From: Bacteroidales bacterium
GTDB taxonomy: Bacteria > Bacteroidota > Bacteroidia > Bacteroidales > UBA932
Assembly (NCBI GenBank): GCA_017534745.1
Contig: JAFXVX010000018.1
Location: forward strand, 1-64,000
Length of the DNA: 64,000 bases
Direction: 5' to 3'
The position numbers and the translations under genes were made by a program. Position 1 is the first letter of the stretch, and each line of letters opens with the position of its first letter. The notes beneath the pieces were generated by a model. The model was not told where the DNA came from. It was given only the letters and a program-made list of their open reading frames with translations, and ran no database searches. Of this stretch, positions 34,299 through 44,595 are shown piece after piece.

Positions 34299-34694
34299 AT
34301 GACTATGAAAAAGTTTTCAAGAATCTTTGCGGCGCTCGCCGCAATCGTGCTGGTAGCGGCCGCGTCCGTCTCATGTGACAAGCACGCTTATTCCATCAGC
34401 ACCAACCATTTTGGCTACTACAGTGGCACAAGCATCAAGGAAATCGGAAACAAGCACACCATCAAAAGAGGTGACCAGCTTGAAGTCTTCGCCGTTTACA
34501 GTGACAAAACAAGGATTGAAGGCGGCGTCTATTCGTCTTCAACCAAAGATGACAGCAAGGTGAGGACATGGGTCCCTGAGTCGGGCGACCGCATCGTCAT
34601 CGAGGGCGCCTCCAAAGGCTCCGCCGATGTCACTCTCAACTTTGAGCTCAACGGGTTCAAGCTCTACAAGACTGTCACCGTGAAGGTCGAGTAA
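34299..34694 (+). CDS. small lipoprotein with a beta-rich Ig-like domain
   Basis: 131 aa with lipoprotein signal (VSC-D) and alternating beta-strand pattern (RIVIEGASKGSADVTLNFELNG, YKTVTVKVE). Confidence 0.5.
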   Translation: MTMKKFSRIFAALAAIVLVAAASVSCDKHAYSISTNHFGYYSGTSIKEIGNKHTIKRGDQLEVFAVYSDKTRIEGGVYSSSTKDDSKVRTWVPESGDRIVIEGASKGSADVTLNFELNGFKLYKTVTVKVE

Positions 34695-34695
34695 T

Positions 34696-35598
34696 TCAGA
34701 AAAGTTTGCCGCTCCACTTGCCTGCAAGGCTGCGGAGCTCTTCCTCAGAAGCGGGTCTTGACTGCCTTTCAGCGTCGGCCCGCTTTTTTTCGGCGTCGAA
34801 CTTCTCCTTCAGGAGGGCGAACTGCCTCTTTGTGTCGAGCGTGAACTCGCCTGAATCGATCCATGCGAAATAGGACGGCTCGGTCTGATAGACCTCGCGG
34901 GCGGTCCTGCCACGGTGCTTGCCGAAGGAGATGACGGCTTCGCCGCTGTCGTCGAGGATGAGGCGGCCGGCGTAATCGACGGTCTTGGAGCGCCCGCCGA
35001 TTGCGGCGAGGGAAGGGACGTCGTTCTTGATATTGTCGCCGTACTTCCGGATCTGGCCCTTGAGGACTTCGAGAGTCGCAACTGTGTCTGCTTCAGCGGT
35101 GTGGGCGTTTTCGAAATCATCGCCGCCGCAGTAGAATCGGTAGGCCGCCCGGAGGTTTCTCGGCTCGAAGTAGTGGTAGATAGTCTGGACGTCCACCATG
35201 TAGCGGTCGTGGAGGTTGATGCCAATCTCCCGGCCGGTCCACTTGCGCACCCGCTCAAACTCCTCGGCGAGCATCGGGAGGTCGAACTTGGCGGAGTTGA
35301 ATCCGGCGAGGTCGCTGTCGCCGATCCACCCGATTACTTCGTCGATCTTGTCGCAGAAGCGCGGCTCGCCGGCAAGGTCCTCATCCTTGAGGCCGTTGAC
35401 TGCAGCGGCGGCAGGGTGGATAGGGTGCTGCCTGCCCGCGGCGTAATCCCAGGGGCGGAAGCGCCAGGTCTTGATCCTCTGCTCCCCGTCCGGGAACAGC
35501 TTCACGAAGCTGAGCTCCGCGATACAGTCGGTTGCGATATTAAGGCCGGTGCTCTCTATGTCGAAGAAGAGCAGCGGCCTTGTAAGGGAAAGCTCCAT
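34696..35598 (-). CDS. DnaQ-like (DEDDh) 3'-5' exonuclease with C-terminal extension
   Basis: 300 aa. Exo I motif FFDIESTGL, Exo II GFNSAKFDLPML, Exo III YHYF...HTAEADT. The C-terminal ~110 aa are not exonuclease-like. Lies 8 nt downstream of dnaN on the same strand. Confidence 0.8.
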   Translation of the reverse strand: MELSLTRPLLFFDIESTGLNIATDCIAELSFVKLFPDGEQRIKTWRFRPWDYAAGRQHPIHPAAAAVNGLKDEDLAGEPRFCDKIDEVIGWIGDSDLAGFNSAKFDLPMLAEEFERVRKWTGREIGINLHDRYMVDVQTIYHYFEPRNLRAAYRFYCGGDDFENAHTAEADTVATLEVLKGQIRKYGDNIKNDVPSLAAIGGRSKTVDYAGRLILDDSGEAVISFGKHRGRTAREVYQTEPSYFAWIDSGEFTLDTKRQFALLKEKFDAEKKRADAERQSRPASEEELRSLAGKWSGKLF

Positions 35599-35605
35599 AT
35601 TTTCC

Positions 35606-36718
35606 TTAGATCATTATAGGCATCAGGATGCCGCAAATCTTCTGGGCTGCTTCCTCGCCCTCGGCGGGCAGGATGAGCACAGAGCGGCGGGCGTCGGCAA
35701 ACTTGATGACGATGTTTTCACAGTCGAGGTTCGAGAGAATCTCGGAGAGGAAGGTCGATTTGAACCCGATTGTGAGGACATCTCCGGAGTAGTCGCACTC
35801 GACCTTTTCGTAGGCGGCGAGGGCGAATCCGAGATCCTGCGCGGAAACTTCCAGCTGACCGGGCTTGAGGTCGAGCTTGATGTGGCTGGCTCCCTTGTCG
35901 GCGCAGACGGCGACACGGCGGACGACGCCGAGAAGCAGGTTGCGGTCTATGCGGAGGATGTTGGAATTGTTCTGGGGGATGACTTCACGGTAGCGGGGGT
36001 ACTTGCCGACGACGGGGCGGCAGACCATCAGGGTGTGGCCGAAGGTGAACACGGCGGTCGAGGAGTCGAAACTGACGCGGACGAGCTCGTCGGCCTTGCT
36101 TACGATCGAGCGGAGGACGGCTGCAGGCTTCTTGTGGAGAATGAAGGAAGCGGCGGGAGCCTTGGCTTCGGGAGTCGTGTAGCAGATGAGCTTATGGGCG
36201 TCCGAGGCGACGAGGGTCGTGGATTCGGGGCTGATGTCGAAGTAGATACCGTTCATCGCCGGGTGGATCTCGTCGTCGGCCGTCGCATAGACGGTGCTGG
36301 CGATACCCTCGATGAGGGTCTCGGCGGGGAACTCGACGGTCGTAGCGCTCTCACCGGCGGTCTTGATCTCGGGGTAATCCTCGGCGGGGAAATAGGGGAG
36401 CACGGAATTACCGCTCGACCAGGCGCACTCGAAGGAGCTGTCGCTGAGAGTCTTGATGCGGAGCGGCTGGTCGGGGAGAACCTTGAGCAGCTCGATGATG
36501 TGCCTTGCAGGCACTGCCATGGAGCCTTCTTCCTCGATCTCGGCGGGGATTTCGGTGCGGAGGGTGAACTCCGTGTCGGAGGCCGTCACTTCCAGGACTC
36601 CGCCCTTGAGGACGAAGAGGAAATTCTCCAGAATGGGGAGGGTGGTCTTTGCCGGGATGGCTTTGGAGACGTCGAGAAGGCCCTTGAGGAGCTCGCTGCT
36701 TGAGATGTTCAGTTTCAT
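35606..36718 (-). CDS. dnaN: DNA polymerase III beta sliding clamp
   Basis: 370 aa, three-domain clamp length. N-terminal MKLNISSSELLKGLLDVSKAIPAKTTLPILENFLF is typical of DnaN. Confidence 0.9.
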   Translation of the reverse strand: MKLNISSSELLKGLLDVSKAIPAKTTLPILENFLFVLKGGVLEVTASDTEFTLRTEIPAEIEEEGSMAVPARHIIELLKVLPDQPLRIKTLSDSSFECAWSSGNSVLPYFPAEDYPEIKTAGESATTVEFPAETLIEGIASTVYATADDEIHPAMNGIYFDISPESTTLVASDAHKLICYTTPEAKAPAASFILHKKPAAVLRSIVSKADELVRVSFDSSTAVFTFGHTLMVCRPVVGKYPRYREVIPQNNSNILRIDRNLLLGVVRRVAVCADKGASHIKLDLKPGQLEVSAQDLGFALAAYEKVECDYSGDVLTIGFKSTFLSEILSNLDCENIVIKFADARRSVLILPAEGEEAAQKICGILMPIMI

Positions 36719-36866
36719 ATAAAGTCCTTTTTGTTTTGCGTTATAGTACGGATTACAAATATAATCATTTTTTTGTATTATATGGCATATATTTTGAGAA
36801 ATTCCGCCCCGGCCTTGCCCGCTTGAGGGCGGGCCTTGTGGATTAAATAAAACAAATCACCATATC

Positions 36867-38315
36867 ATGAAAAAAAGCATCATTACAATCCTCCTTTCCG
36901 TGGGCCTCAGTGCACTTACAGCGTATGCGGTCGTCTGGGCAGGAGAAAAGAATTCCGTGGGTGGTATCCTCCCCGAGACTTCAGGCAGCGTCGAGTACAG
37001 GACTGTCAATCTGGCAGACAGCGATTATCCCGATTTCACCTATGCGGCCGAGGCCGCGGTCGATGCGGTCGTCTATGTCGAGGTGACCGTTTCCTATCGC
37101 CAGCAGTTCCAGAACATAGACCCGTTCTTCCGCTTCTTCTTCGGCGACGATTTTTCACAGCCGCAGTCGCGTGAGCAAAAGGGCAGCGGCTCCGGCGTCA
37201 TCATCCGTCCGGACGGTTATATCGTGACCAACAACCACGTCGTGGAGAACGCCTCCAAGGTCTCCGTGACCCTCAACAACGACAAGACCTACGAGGCCAA
37301 GGTCATCGGCACCGACCCTGCGACCGACGTCGCAATCATTAAAATCGAAGCTGAAGGTCTTCCGACCATCCCGTTCGGCGACAGCGACGCCCTCCGCCTC
37401 GGCGAGTGGGTGCTGGCCATCGGAAGCCCCCTTTCATACAACCTCCGTTCGACCATCACCGCAGGTATCGTAAGCGCAAAAGGCCGTTCGATGCCTTCCC
37501 AGAGCGGCGAGTTCAAGATCGAATCCTTCATCCAGACCGACGCGGCGGTCAACCCCGGCAACTCCGGTGGCGCCCTTGTCAACAAAAAAGGTGAGCTCGT
37601 CGGCATCAACACCGCCATCATCTCCCAGACCGGCTCCTACAGCGGCTATTCCTTCGCCGTCCCCGTCAATATAGTGAAGAAAATCGCAGAAGACCTCATC
37701 GATTACGGCTCCGTCAAGAGGGCTGTCCTCGGGATCACCATGCAGCCCGTCGATGAAAAAATAGCCAAGGAAATGAAACTTTCTTCACTTTCAGGCGTAT
37801 ATATAAACGAAGTTGCGAAAGGCGGAGCTGCCGACAAGGCAGGCCTTAAGAAGGGCGACGTCATTGTGGCCATCGGCGGAGCAAAGGTTTCCGGCCCCTC
37901 GGCAGTCCAGGAGAAGGTCAATTCCTTCCACCCCGGCGATGAGACCGAGATTACCTACCTCCGTTCCGGCAAGGAAGAGACCGTGAAGGTGACCTTCCAG
38001 GGGACTGCCCAGGCGACCGGCGAGAAGGACATAGACGGCACTACTGCATTCTATGGATCCAAACTCAGGACCGCCGACAAGGAGACCCTCGCCGCGCTTG
38101 GACTCAAGAACGGTGTTGAAGTGGTCTCCGTCGGGCCCGGAAAGCTCCTCGAGCAGGGCGTTGAGAGCGGATTCATCATCCGTTTCGTCAACGACGAGGC
38201 TGTCGCTTCTCCGGAAGATGTCGTGGCGGTCGCAAAGAAAGCGAAGCGCTCGGTCTTCCTCCAGGGAGTGACCCCTTCCGGCAAAGCCGCCTACTATGGC
38301 TTCGGAAAGGAATAG
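36867..38315 (+). CDS. htrA: HtrA/DegP-family periplasmic serine endoprotease with two PDZ domains
   Basis: 482 aa with signal peptide, trypsin-like catalytic motifs (TNNHVV, DVAIIK, GNSGGAL) and two PDZ regions. Confidence 0.9.
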   Translation: MKKSIITILLSVGLSALTAYAVVWAGEKNSVGGILPETSGSVEYRTVNLADSDYPDFTYAAEAAVDAVVYVEVTVSYRQQFQNIDPFFRFFFGDDFSQPQSREQKGSGSGVIIRPDGYIVTNNHVVENASKVSVTLNNDKTYEAKVIGTDPATDVAIIKIEAEGLPTIPFGDSDALRLGEWVLAIGSPLSYNLRSTITAGIVSAKGRSMPSQSGEFKIESFIQTDAAVNPGNSGGALVNKKGELVGINTAIISQTGSYSGYSFAVPVNIVKKIAEDLIDYGSVKRAVLGITMQPVDEKIAKEMKLSSLSGVYINEVAKGGAADKAGLKKGDVIVAIGGAKVSGPSAVQEKVNSFHPGDETEITYLRSGKEETVKVTFQGTAQATGEKDIDGTTAFYGSKLRTADKETLAALGLKNGVEVVSVGPGKLLEQGVESGFIIRFVNDEAVASPEDVVAVAKKAKRSVFLQGVTPSGKAAYYGFGKE

Positions 38316-38323
38316 CTATATAT

Positions 38324-39184
38324 ATGAGACAGTTAAAGATCACAAAATCGATCACGAACCGCGAGAGCGCTTCGCTGGACAAGTACCTCCAGGAGATCGG
38401 ACGGGAGGAGCTCGTCTCTCCCGAAGAGGAAGTAGAACTTGCCCAGAGGATCAGGAAGGGCGACAAGGACGCCCTTGAAAAACTGACCCGCGCGAACCTC
38501 CGGTTCGTGGTTTCCGTTGCAAAGCAGTATCAGAATCAGGGTCTCAGCCTGCCCGACCTTATCAATGAGGGCAACCTCGGCCTTATCAAGGCGGCCGAGA
38601 AGTTCGATGAGACCAGGGGCTTCAAATTCATCTCCTACGCCGTGTGGTGGATCCGTCAGTCGATTCTCCAGGCCCTCGCCGAGCAGTCCCGTATCGTGAG
38701 GCTCCCTCTCAATCAGGTGGGTTCGCTCAACAAGATCAATAAGGCCCTCGGCAAGTTCGAGCAGGAGTTCGAGAGGCAGCCGTCCAACGACGAGCTCGCC
38801 GAGATGATAGACATCCCGAGGGAGAAGATTTCCGACACCCTCCGCGTCTCGGGCCGCCACGTCAGCGTGGACGCCCCGTTCGTGGAAGGTGAGGACAACT
38901 CCCTTCTGGACGTCCTCCCCAACGACGATTCCCCGTCTGCCGACAAGGGTCTTGTCAACGAGTCGCTCAATATTGAGATCGAGCGTGCACTCTCTACCCT
39001 GACCGACAGGGAGAGGGAGATCGTGAAGTCCTTCTTCGGCATAGGATGCCAGGAGATGACTCTCGAGGAGATAGGAGAGAGGTTCGGGCTGACCCGCGAA
39101 AGGGTCCGCCAGATCAAGGAGAAGGCGATCCGCCGCCTCAAGCTTCCTTCACGCAGCAAGCTCCTCAAGGGATACCTCGGATGA
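38324..39184 (+). CDS. rpoD: primary RNA polymerase sigma-70 factor (short Bacteroidetes-type)
   Basis: 286 aa. Region 2 ([36 protein letters not shown]), region 3, and region 4 HTH ([28 protein letters not shown]). Confidence 0.9.
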   Translation: MRQLKITKSITNRESASLDKYLQEIGREELVSPEEEVELAQRIRKGDKDALEKLTRANLRFVVSVAKQYQNQGLSLPDLINEGNLGLIKAAEKFDETRGFKFISYAVWWIRQSILQALAEQSRIVRLPLNQVGSLNKINKALGKFEQEFERQPSNDELAEMIDIPREKISDTLRVSGRHVSVDAPFVEGEDNSLLDVLPNDDSPSADKGLVNESLNIEIERALSTLTDREREIVKSFFGIGCQEMTLEEIGERFGLTRERVRQIKEKAIRRLKLPSRSKLLKGYLG

Positions 39185-40956
39185 GTGCCGAGAGCCTTCT
39201 CGCCCTGAAGGCTTCAGAAGCCCTCAAGGCGCTTTACGGGGCGGAAGTTGCTCCGGAAAGCCTTCAACTTCAGCCAACAAGGAAAGAATTCGAGGGAGAC
39301 TACACTCTTGTAGTCTTCCCTCTTTCGCGTATTTCCCACGCCTCTCCCGAGGCGACCGGCGCGGCCGTCGGCGAATACCTCGCGGCCAACGTTCCGGAGG
39401 TGGCGGCTTTCAATGTCGTCAAGGGATTCCTCAATATCCTTCTCTCGCCGCTCTACTGGGACGAACTTCTGGAAGGAATTGCCTCCGATTCGGATTTCGG
39501 CTCGCTGCCTTCGACCGGGAAGCGCATTATGGTCGAGTTTTCCTCGCCAAACACCAACAAGCCCCTCCACCTCGGCCACATCCGCAACAACCTCCTTGGC
39601 GACTCCGTCTCGAGGATCCTTGCGGCTGCCGGCAACGAGGTCATTAAGGTGACCCTCGTCAACGACCGCGGCATCCACATCTGCAAGTCGATGCTCGCCT
39701 GGAAGAAGTGCTTTGACGGAGTGACCCCGGAATCCTGCGGGAAGAAGGGAGACCACCTCGTCGGCGACTGCTATGTGGCTTTCGATAAATTATATAAGAG
39801 CGAGGTTGCAGAGCTTGTAAAGGGCGGAATGGATGAGGAGGAGGCCAAAAGGGAGGCTCCTTCCATCAGGGAGGCCCACGAGATGCTCCGCCTCTGGGAG
39901 CAGGGGGACCCTGAGGTCCGTTCCCTTTGGAAAATGATGAACGGCTGGGTCTTAGACGGTTTCGACAGCACCTACAAGGCGCTCGGCATCTCCTTCGACA
40001 AGGTCGATTACGAGTCCGAAAACTATCTTCTCGGCAAGGACCTCGTACGCGAGGGCCTGGAGAAGGGAGTTTTCGTCAGGGATCCCGACGGCTCGGTCTG
40101 GTGTGACCTCACCGCCGACGGCCTTGATCGCAAGATCGTCCTGCGCTCGGACGGCACATCAGTGTATATCACCCAGGATCTCGGCACCGCAGAGAAGAGG
40201 TTTGCCTCCTATAACCTCGATTCCCACGTCTATGTGGTTGGAAACGAGCAGGATTACCACTTCCAGGTGCTCAAGCTTATCCTCTCGAAGCTCGGCTTCG
40301 ACTGGGCCAGCCGGATTTTCCACCTTTCCTACGGAATGGTCGAGTTGCCCGAAGGCAAGATGAAATCGAGGGAGGGGACCGTCGTCGATGCCGACGATCT
40401 CATAGCGAAGATGTACGCGGAAGCGAAGGCGACATCTGAGGAGAGCGGCAAGCTCGCCGACATCCCGTCGGACGAGAGAGAAGCGCTCTACAGGATGATA
40501 GGCCTCGGCGCCCTCAAATATTTCATTATCAAGGTCGATCCCAAGAAGACCATGCTCTTCGACCCGAAGGAATCCATCGACTTCAACGGGAACACCGGTC
40601 CCTTCATCCAGTACACCCACGCGAGAATACGTTCCATACTCCGCAAGGCGGAGGGGATTGTACCTTCAGTCGGGATGGACATAGTTCCTTCGGCGAAGGA
40701 GGTGAGGCTCATCAAACTGCTGAGTTTCTATCCTTCAAAGATTGCCGAGGCGGCGGAGAGTTTCTCGCCCTCTGTCATAGCGAACTACGCCTATGAGCTG
40801 GCGAAGGAATTCAACCAGTACTACCACGAGACGAGGATCCTCGGCGAGCCGGACAAGGCTCTCCTTTCCTTCCGCCTCGTGCTGGCATCGGCTATAGCCA
40901 CGACACTCTCCAAGGCGATGTCACTTCTTGGCATCAGCCTTCCGGAGAGGATGTAA
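39181..40956 (+). CDS. argS: arginine--tRNA ligase
   Basis: Start chosen at the ATG overlapping the rpoD stop (ATGA), giving 591 aa. Class I HIGH motif ([14 protein letters not shown]), a KMSK-like region, and a C-terminal anticodon-binding DALR-type domain. Confidence 0.9.
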   Translation: MSAESLLALKASEALKALYGAEVAPESLQLQPTRKEFEGDYTLVVFPLSRISHASPEATGAAVGEYLAANVPEVAAFNVVKGFLNILLSPLYWDELLEGIASDSDFGSLPSTGKRIMVEFSSPNTNKPLHLGHIRNNLLGDSVSRILAAAGNEVIKVTLVNDRGIHICKSMLAWKKCFDGVTPESCGKKGDHLVGDCYVAFDKLYKSEVAELVKGGMDEEEAKREAPSIREAHEMLRLWEQGDPEVRSLWKMMNGWVLDGFDSTYKALGISFDKVDYESENYLLGKDLVREGLEKGVFVRDPDGSVWCDLTADGLDRKIVLRSDGTSVYITQDLGTAEKRFASYNLDSHVYVVGNEQDYHFQVLKLILSKLGFDWASRIFHLSYGMVELPEGKMKSREGTVVDADDLIAKMYAEAKATSEESGKLADIPSDEREALYRMIGLGALKYFIIKVDPKKTMLFDPKESIDFNGNTGPFIQYTHARIRSILRKAEGIVPSVGMDIVPSAKEVRLIKLLSFYPSKIAEAAESFSPSVIANYAYELAKEFNQYYHETRILGEPDKALLSFRLVLASAIATTLSKAMSLLGISLPERM

Positions 40957-40975
40957 GCTATTATCTTACAAATAA

Positions 40976-41593
40976 TTACTCTTGGGAGTCGAGGTAGAAT
41001 TTGAGCTTCGACTGGATGACGTCGAGGGCGGTCGGATTGAGGCCGCCGCGGATGATGATGTCGGCGTAGGCCTTGGTCGGCTCCACGTAGAGGAGGTGCA
41101 TCGGCTTCACTGTCGTGATGTACTGTAGGGCGATGTCGCCAATCTGGCGGCCGCGGTCCTGGATGTCCCTCATGATCCTTCGGAGGATGCGCTCATCGGC
41201 GTCAGAATCGACGTAGATCTTGAGGTCGAAAGTGTCGCGGAGCTCTTTTTCGTGGAAAGCCAGAATGCCTTCCACAACTATGATCTTGTTGGGCAGGACT
41301 TCGATGGTCTCGGCCTTGCGGGTGTGGGTCGTGAAGTCATAGACGGGGCACTGGATGCTCTTGCCTTCCTTGAGGAGGTGGATGTGCTCGATGAGGAGGT
41401 CGGTGTCCAGGGCGTCGGGGCAGTCGTAGTTGATCTTGTCCCTGTCCTCCGGGGGAACGGCGCTCTGGTCTTTGTAATAATTGTCGTAGAGGAGGACGGT
41501 GATGGTCTCTCCGAACTGCTGCTTGAGGTTCTGGGTGAAGGTGGATTTTCCGGATCCCGTGCCTCCGGCCACCCCGACAAATAGAGTTTTCAT
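40976..41593 (-). CDS. udk: uridine kinase
   Basis: Start chosen at MKTLFVGVAGGTGSGKST (P-loop), giving 205 aa. The upstream extension in the ORF track is unlikely to be translated. Confidence 0.85.
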   Translation of the reverse strand: MKTLFVGVAGGTGSGKSTFTQNLKQQFGETITVLLYDNYYKDQSAVPPEDRDKINYDCPDALDTDLLIEHIHLLKEGKSIQCPVYDFTTHTRKAETIEVLPNKIIVVEGILAFHEKELRDTFDLKIYVDSDADERILRRIMRDIQDRGRQIGDIALQYITTVKPMHLLYVEPTKAYADIIIRGGLNPTALDVIQSKLKFYLDSQE

Positions 41594-41651
41594 ATTGCAA
41601 ATATACACTGCGTGTTGCATTTTTGCAATAATCAATTTATTTTTGCGTGTT

Positions 41652-42407
41652 ATGAGAAAGCTAATTATATTCATCCTGACAGTTGTCGCGCTTGCCGCAT
41701 TCCCCTCGCAGCGCGCCTCCGCGCAGTATTTCGATCATCTCGCGCTCGGTATCAGCGCCGGCGTCGATGGCTTCGGCCTCCAGTTGGCTGCCCCCATCGG
41801 CAACCAGTTCCAGATGAGGGCCGGCTATGCCTGCCTTCCTCCAATGTGGAAGCCCCATGCCGTTATCAATCTCGAGGAGACCAAAAATCACAGCAAAACA
41901 GAGGTTGATATCGAGGCCGTAGTGCTGTTCCACAATGCTAACATTATGTTCGACTGGCACCCTGCGGGGAAGGGATTCTTCATCACTGCCGGCGCCTATG
42001 CTGGCCCCAGCAAGGTTCTGACCGTGCGCAATCGCAAGCCCTTCCTTGATGAGGAAGACTGGGGCACCGCAGGCCTTGTAGTAGGCAAGACTATGGTTAC
42101 GACAGACGACAAGGGCATATGCAGGGCCGATCTGAAAGTCTGGCCCGTGCGCCCCTATGTCGGTATCGGTTACGGTACTCCTGTCAAGGCCGACAAGAGA
42201 GTCGGTTTCAACATCGAGCTAGGCACCTGCTTCACAGGTGGCTACAAAGTCTATGTGACGGGAAAGAACCTTGAGACACTTGAGCAGGGCGTCGTCAGGG
42301 TCAAGAGTGCAGACCTTGACAATGAAGACAAGGGTATAGTGGACAAGATGGGCAAGTTCCCTATCCTCCCTATGCTTAAAGCCGGCCTTTTCATAAGATT
42401 ATTCTAA
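41652..42407 (+). CDS. small outer-membrane beta-barrel protein (unknown family)
   Basis: Start at MRKLIIFILTVVALAAFPSQRASAQ (signal peptide), giving 251 aa. Amphipathic beta-strands and a C-terminal aromatic residue (FIRLF). Confidence 0.55.
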   Translation: MRKLIIFILTVVALAAFPSQRASAQYFDHLALGISAGVDGFGLQLAAPIGNQFQMRAGYACLPPMWKPHAVINLEETKNHSKTEVDIEAVVLFHNANIMFDWHPAGKGFFITAGAYAGPSKVLTVRNRKPFLDEEDWGTAGLVVGKTMVTTDDKGICRADLKVWPVRPYVGIGYGTPVKADKRVGFNIELGTCFTGGYKVYVTGKNLETLEQGVVRVKSADLDNEDKGIVDKMGKFPILPMLKAGLFIRLF

Positions 42408-42420
42408 AATTCAAAGCGAT

Positions 42421-43323
42421 ATGAAAAAATTTGCAGCACTTCTCGCATTTGCGGCTGTCCTTTTTACAGCTTGCAACAATAAGAAGGGCGACGACGTCGT
42501 TCCGCTCCCCAAGGCTCCCAATCAGGAGAACCATGTCTATCTGAAAATCAATCCGGATGACAATATCCAGATACCCCTCCCGGATCCCGACGATCCTACC
42601 ACCAAGATCAACGACAAACTTCTGGCCCTTAGCGTCTCATCCAGCAACTACGGCATGACTGAGACCGAGAATATAGGCCACAGTGCTTTTGAGGTTGAGG
42701 TGATGAGCGACACAAGGGCTCCGAAGGAAGGCACATCCTACAAGTTCCTCAGGCTCGGGACCTTCACGATTACTCATGTTGACCCTGAAGGCTGGGTGAA
42801 CGTCAAATTCGTCCCCGAGGACAATCCTTCGGCAGAGGTGATCATCACAGGCGACATCGTCGTCGAGCCTTTCGACGGCAACGAGCTTTGCCGCGCCTGG
42901 AAGGTTGACAAGACCAACCTGACAGTCGATGGCGGCGGCCTCGGCGGCGGTAAGATCTTCAACGGCTGCAACATCAATGAGATCAGCAAGTGGCTCAGGG
43001 AGAAAGAATTCGACGTCGATGAGCAGCCTTCGTCCTACAACGTCACGACCCTCCTCCTCCTCGAAGACGGTAATTTCGCAATCCTCTTTGAGGGTGAGAA
43101 ACCTTACTACGGACCTTTCCAACTCGGCAAGGAAGGCTCTTTCAGCTATAAGTTCGACGCCGACGCCTATGATGAGAATGATCCCGTCATAGCAGGGGAG
43201 GCTTCAGGCTCCTTTACGCTCGTAAGCAGCGGCAAGGGGCGCCTCGAACTCAATGCCGATTTCAAGGATAATAACGACAAGAGCTACAAGGTCAATGTTA
43301 TCTTCGAACTTCTCCCTGCATAG
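42421..43323 (+). CDS. lipoprotein, unknown function
   Basis: 300 aa with lipoprotein signal (VLFTAC-N) and no recognisable motif. Confidence 0.5.
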   Translation: MKKFAALLAFAAVLFTACNNKKGDDVVPLPKAPNQENHVYLKINPDDNIQIPLPDPDDPTTKINDKLLALSVSSSNYGMTETENIGHSAFEVEVMSDTRAPKEGTSYKFLRLGTFTITHVDPEGWVNVKFVPEDNPSAEVIITGDIVVEPFDGNELCRAWKVDKTNLTVDGGGLGGGKIFNGCNINEISKWLREKEFDVDEQPSSYNVTTLLLLEDGNFAILFEGEKPYYGPFQLGKEGSFSYKFDADAYDENDPVIAGEASGSFTLVSSGKGRLELNADFKDNNDKSYKVNVIFELLPA

Positions 43324-43347
43324 GGAGGAGATGGCCGATACGGTCCG

Positions 43348-44595
43348 CTAAGACCGGTTGGCTTCTGCGGTGAGCTCCGTATCCAATGCCTCTGCGAGGA
43401 TGGATACGGGGTTCATCACTTTATAGCCTGTGGACATCTCTATCTGCCATTTGCAGGTCTCGCAGTCACAGGCGACGACGTCGGGGGCGACGGAGGCGAT
43501 GTCCTCGAAGAGGGCTTTCCCGATGGCCTGGGAGGCTTCATAATTTTCTTTTTTGAAGCCGTAGGTCCCGGCGATGCCGCAGCAGGCGGAATCCAGAAGG
43601 GTGAACTCCACCCCGGGGATCATCTTGAGAAGCCTTGTAGAGAAGACGCCCCAGCCGAGTTTTTCGAGGTGGCAGGGGGTGTGATAGGCTATACGAGCTT
43701 TGTATGAGTCTTTGAATATGAGCTTTTTGCGCCCGGAGTCCACGGCCTCGTAGATGAAGCGGGTCGCAAGGAGCAGGGAATTCTTCCAGGCTGCGTTGTC
43801 TATGTGGAGAAGCTCCGGATATTCGTCCCTCATCGTGAAGGTGCAGGTGGAAGAGGTCGTAAGAACTCTGAGGCCTTTTTCAACGACTTTGGAGATCGCC
43901 CCGCTGTTGATGGCGGCGTTTTTCGCCGCAGCCTTGCTCATACCGTTGGAGATCATCGCTACGCCGCAGCATTTCTCCTTGTCCAGAAGTTCAACGCCGA
44001 TGCCGAGGGCATTCATCACCTTGACGAAATCCTTTCCGAGCTGCGGATAGTTGTAATTGACATAGCAGCCGTGGAAATAGGCGACTTTCTCCTTGAAAGC
44101 ATCCTGTGCGGCCTTGGCCTTGCGTTTGAACCATCCTTCGAAACTTTCGGAGGAATATTTCGGGAAGGTGCGGTGCTTGTCCACGGCAAGTACGCCGTCC
44201 ATCATGGCCTTTGTCACACCGAGGGACAGGACTCCGTTGACAACGGGAGCGAAGGGGCGCGCAAGCGATCCCATTGTGTCTGTGCTCGCGAGAATCTTGT
44301 CCCTGAGCTTGGGTTTGGACTGGCTGTACCGGATCCGGGCCTCCTGGATGATGTCGGCGACATTGACCCCGGAGGGGCAGACGACTTCGCACCTTTTGCA
44401 GTTGAGGCAGTATTTGAGAGCTTCGTCGAAGAACTCGGGATTCTTGAGGCGGAGGCGCTCGCCGTCAGGGCCGGCCTGCTTGGGGCCAGGATAGCGCGGG
44501 TTCACGGGCACGACCGGGCAATAGGCCGTACAGACCGTGCATTTCATGCATTCCTCGAAGTTGTGGGCACTGCCCGTTATTTCCTGGAGAGTCAT
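43348..44595 (-). CDS. glpC: anaerobic glycerol-3-phosphate dehydrogenase subunit C (Fe-S/CCG-domain subunit)
   Basis: 415 aa with two ferredoxin-type 4Cys clusters (CMKCTVCTAYCP, CLNCKRCEVVCP) and cysteine-rich CCG repeats. Confidence 0.85.
   Translation of the reverse strand: MTLQEITGSAHNFEECMKCTVCTAYCPVVPVNPRYPGPKQAGPDGERLRLKNPEFFDEALKYCLNCKRCEVVCPSGVNVADIIQEARIRYSQSKPKLRDKILASTDTMGSLARPFAPVVNGVLSLGVTKAMMDGVLAVDKHRTFPKYSSESFEGWFKRKAKAAQDAFKEKVAYFHGCYVNYNYPQLGKDFVKVMNALGIGVELLDKEKCCGVAMISNGMSKAAAKNAAINSGAISKVVEKGLRVLTTSSTCTFTMRDEYPELLHIDNAAWKNSLLLATRFIYEAVDSGRKKLIFKDSYKARIAYHTPCHLEKLGWGVFSTRLLKMIPGVEFTLLDSACCGIAGTYGFKKENYEASQAIGKALFEDIASVAPDVVACDCETCKWQIEMSTGYKVMNPVSILAEALDTELTAEANRS

Noticed and set aside
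40976-41674. Longer udk ORF starting 27 codons upstream
   Set aside because: The P-loop begins right after the internal Met (MKTLFVGVAGGTGSGKS), as in characterised uridine kinases. The upstream extension has no similarity to anything and would overlap the promoter of the divergent gene.
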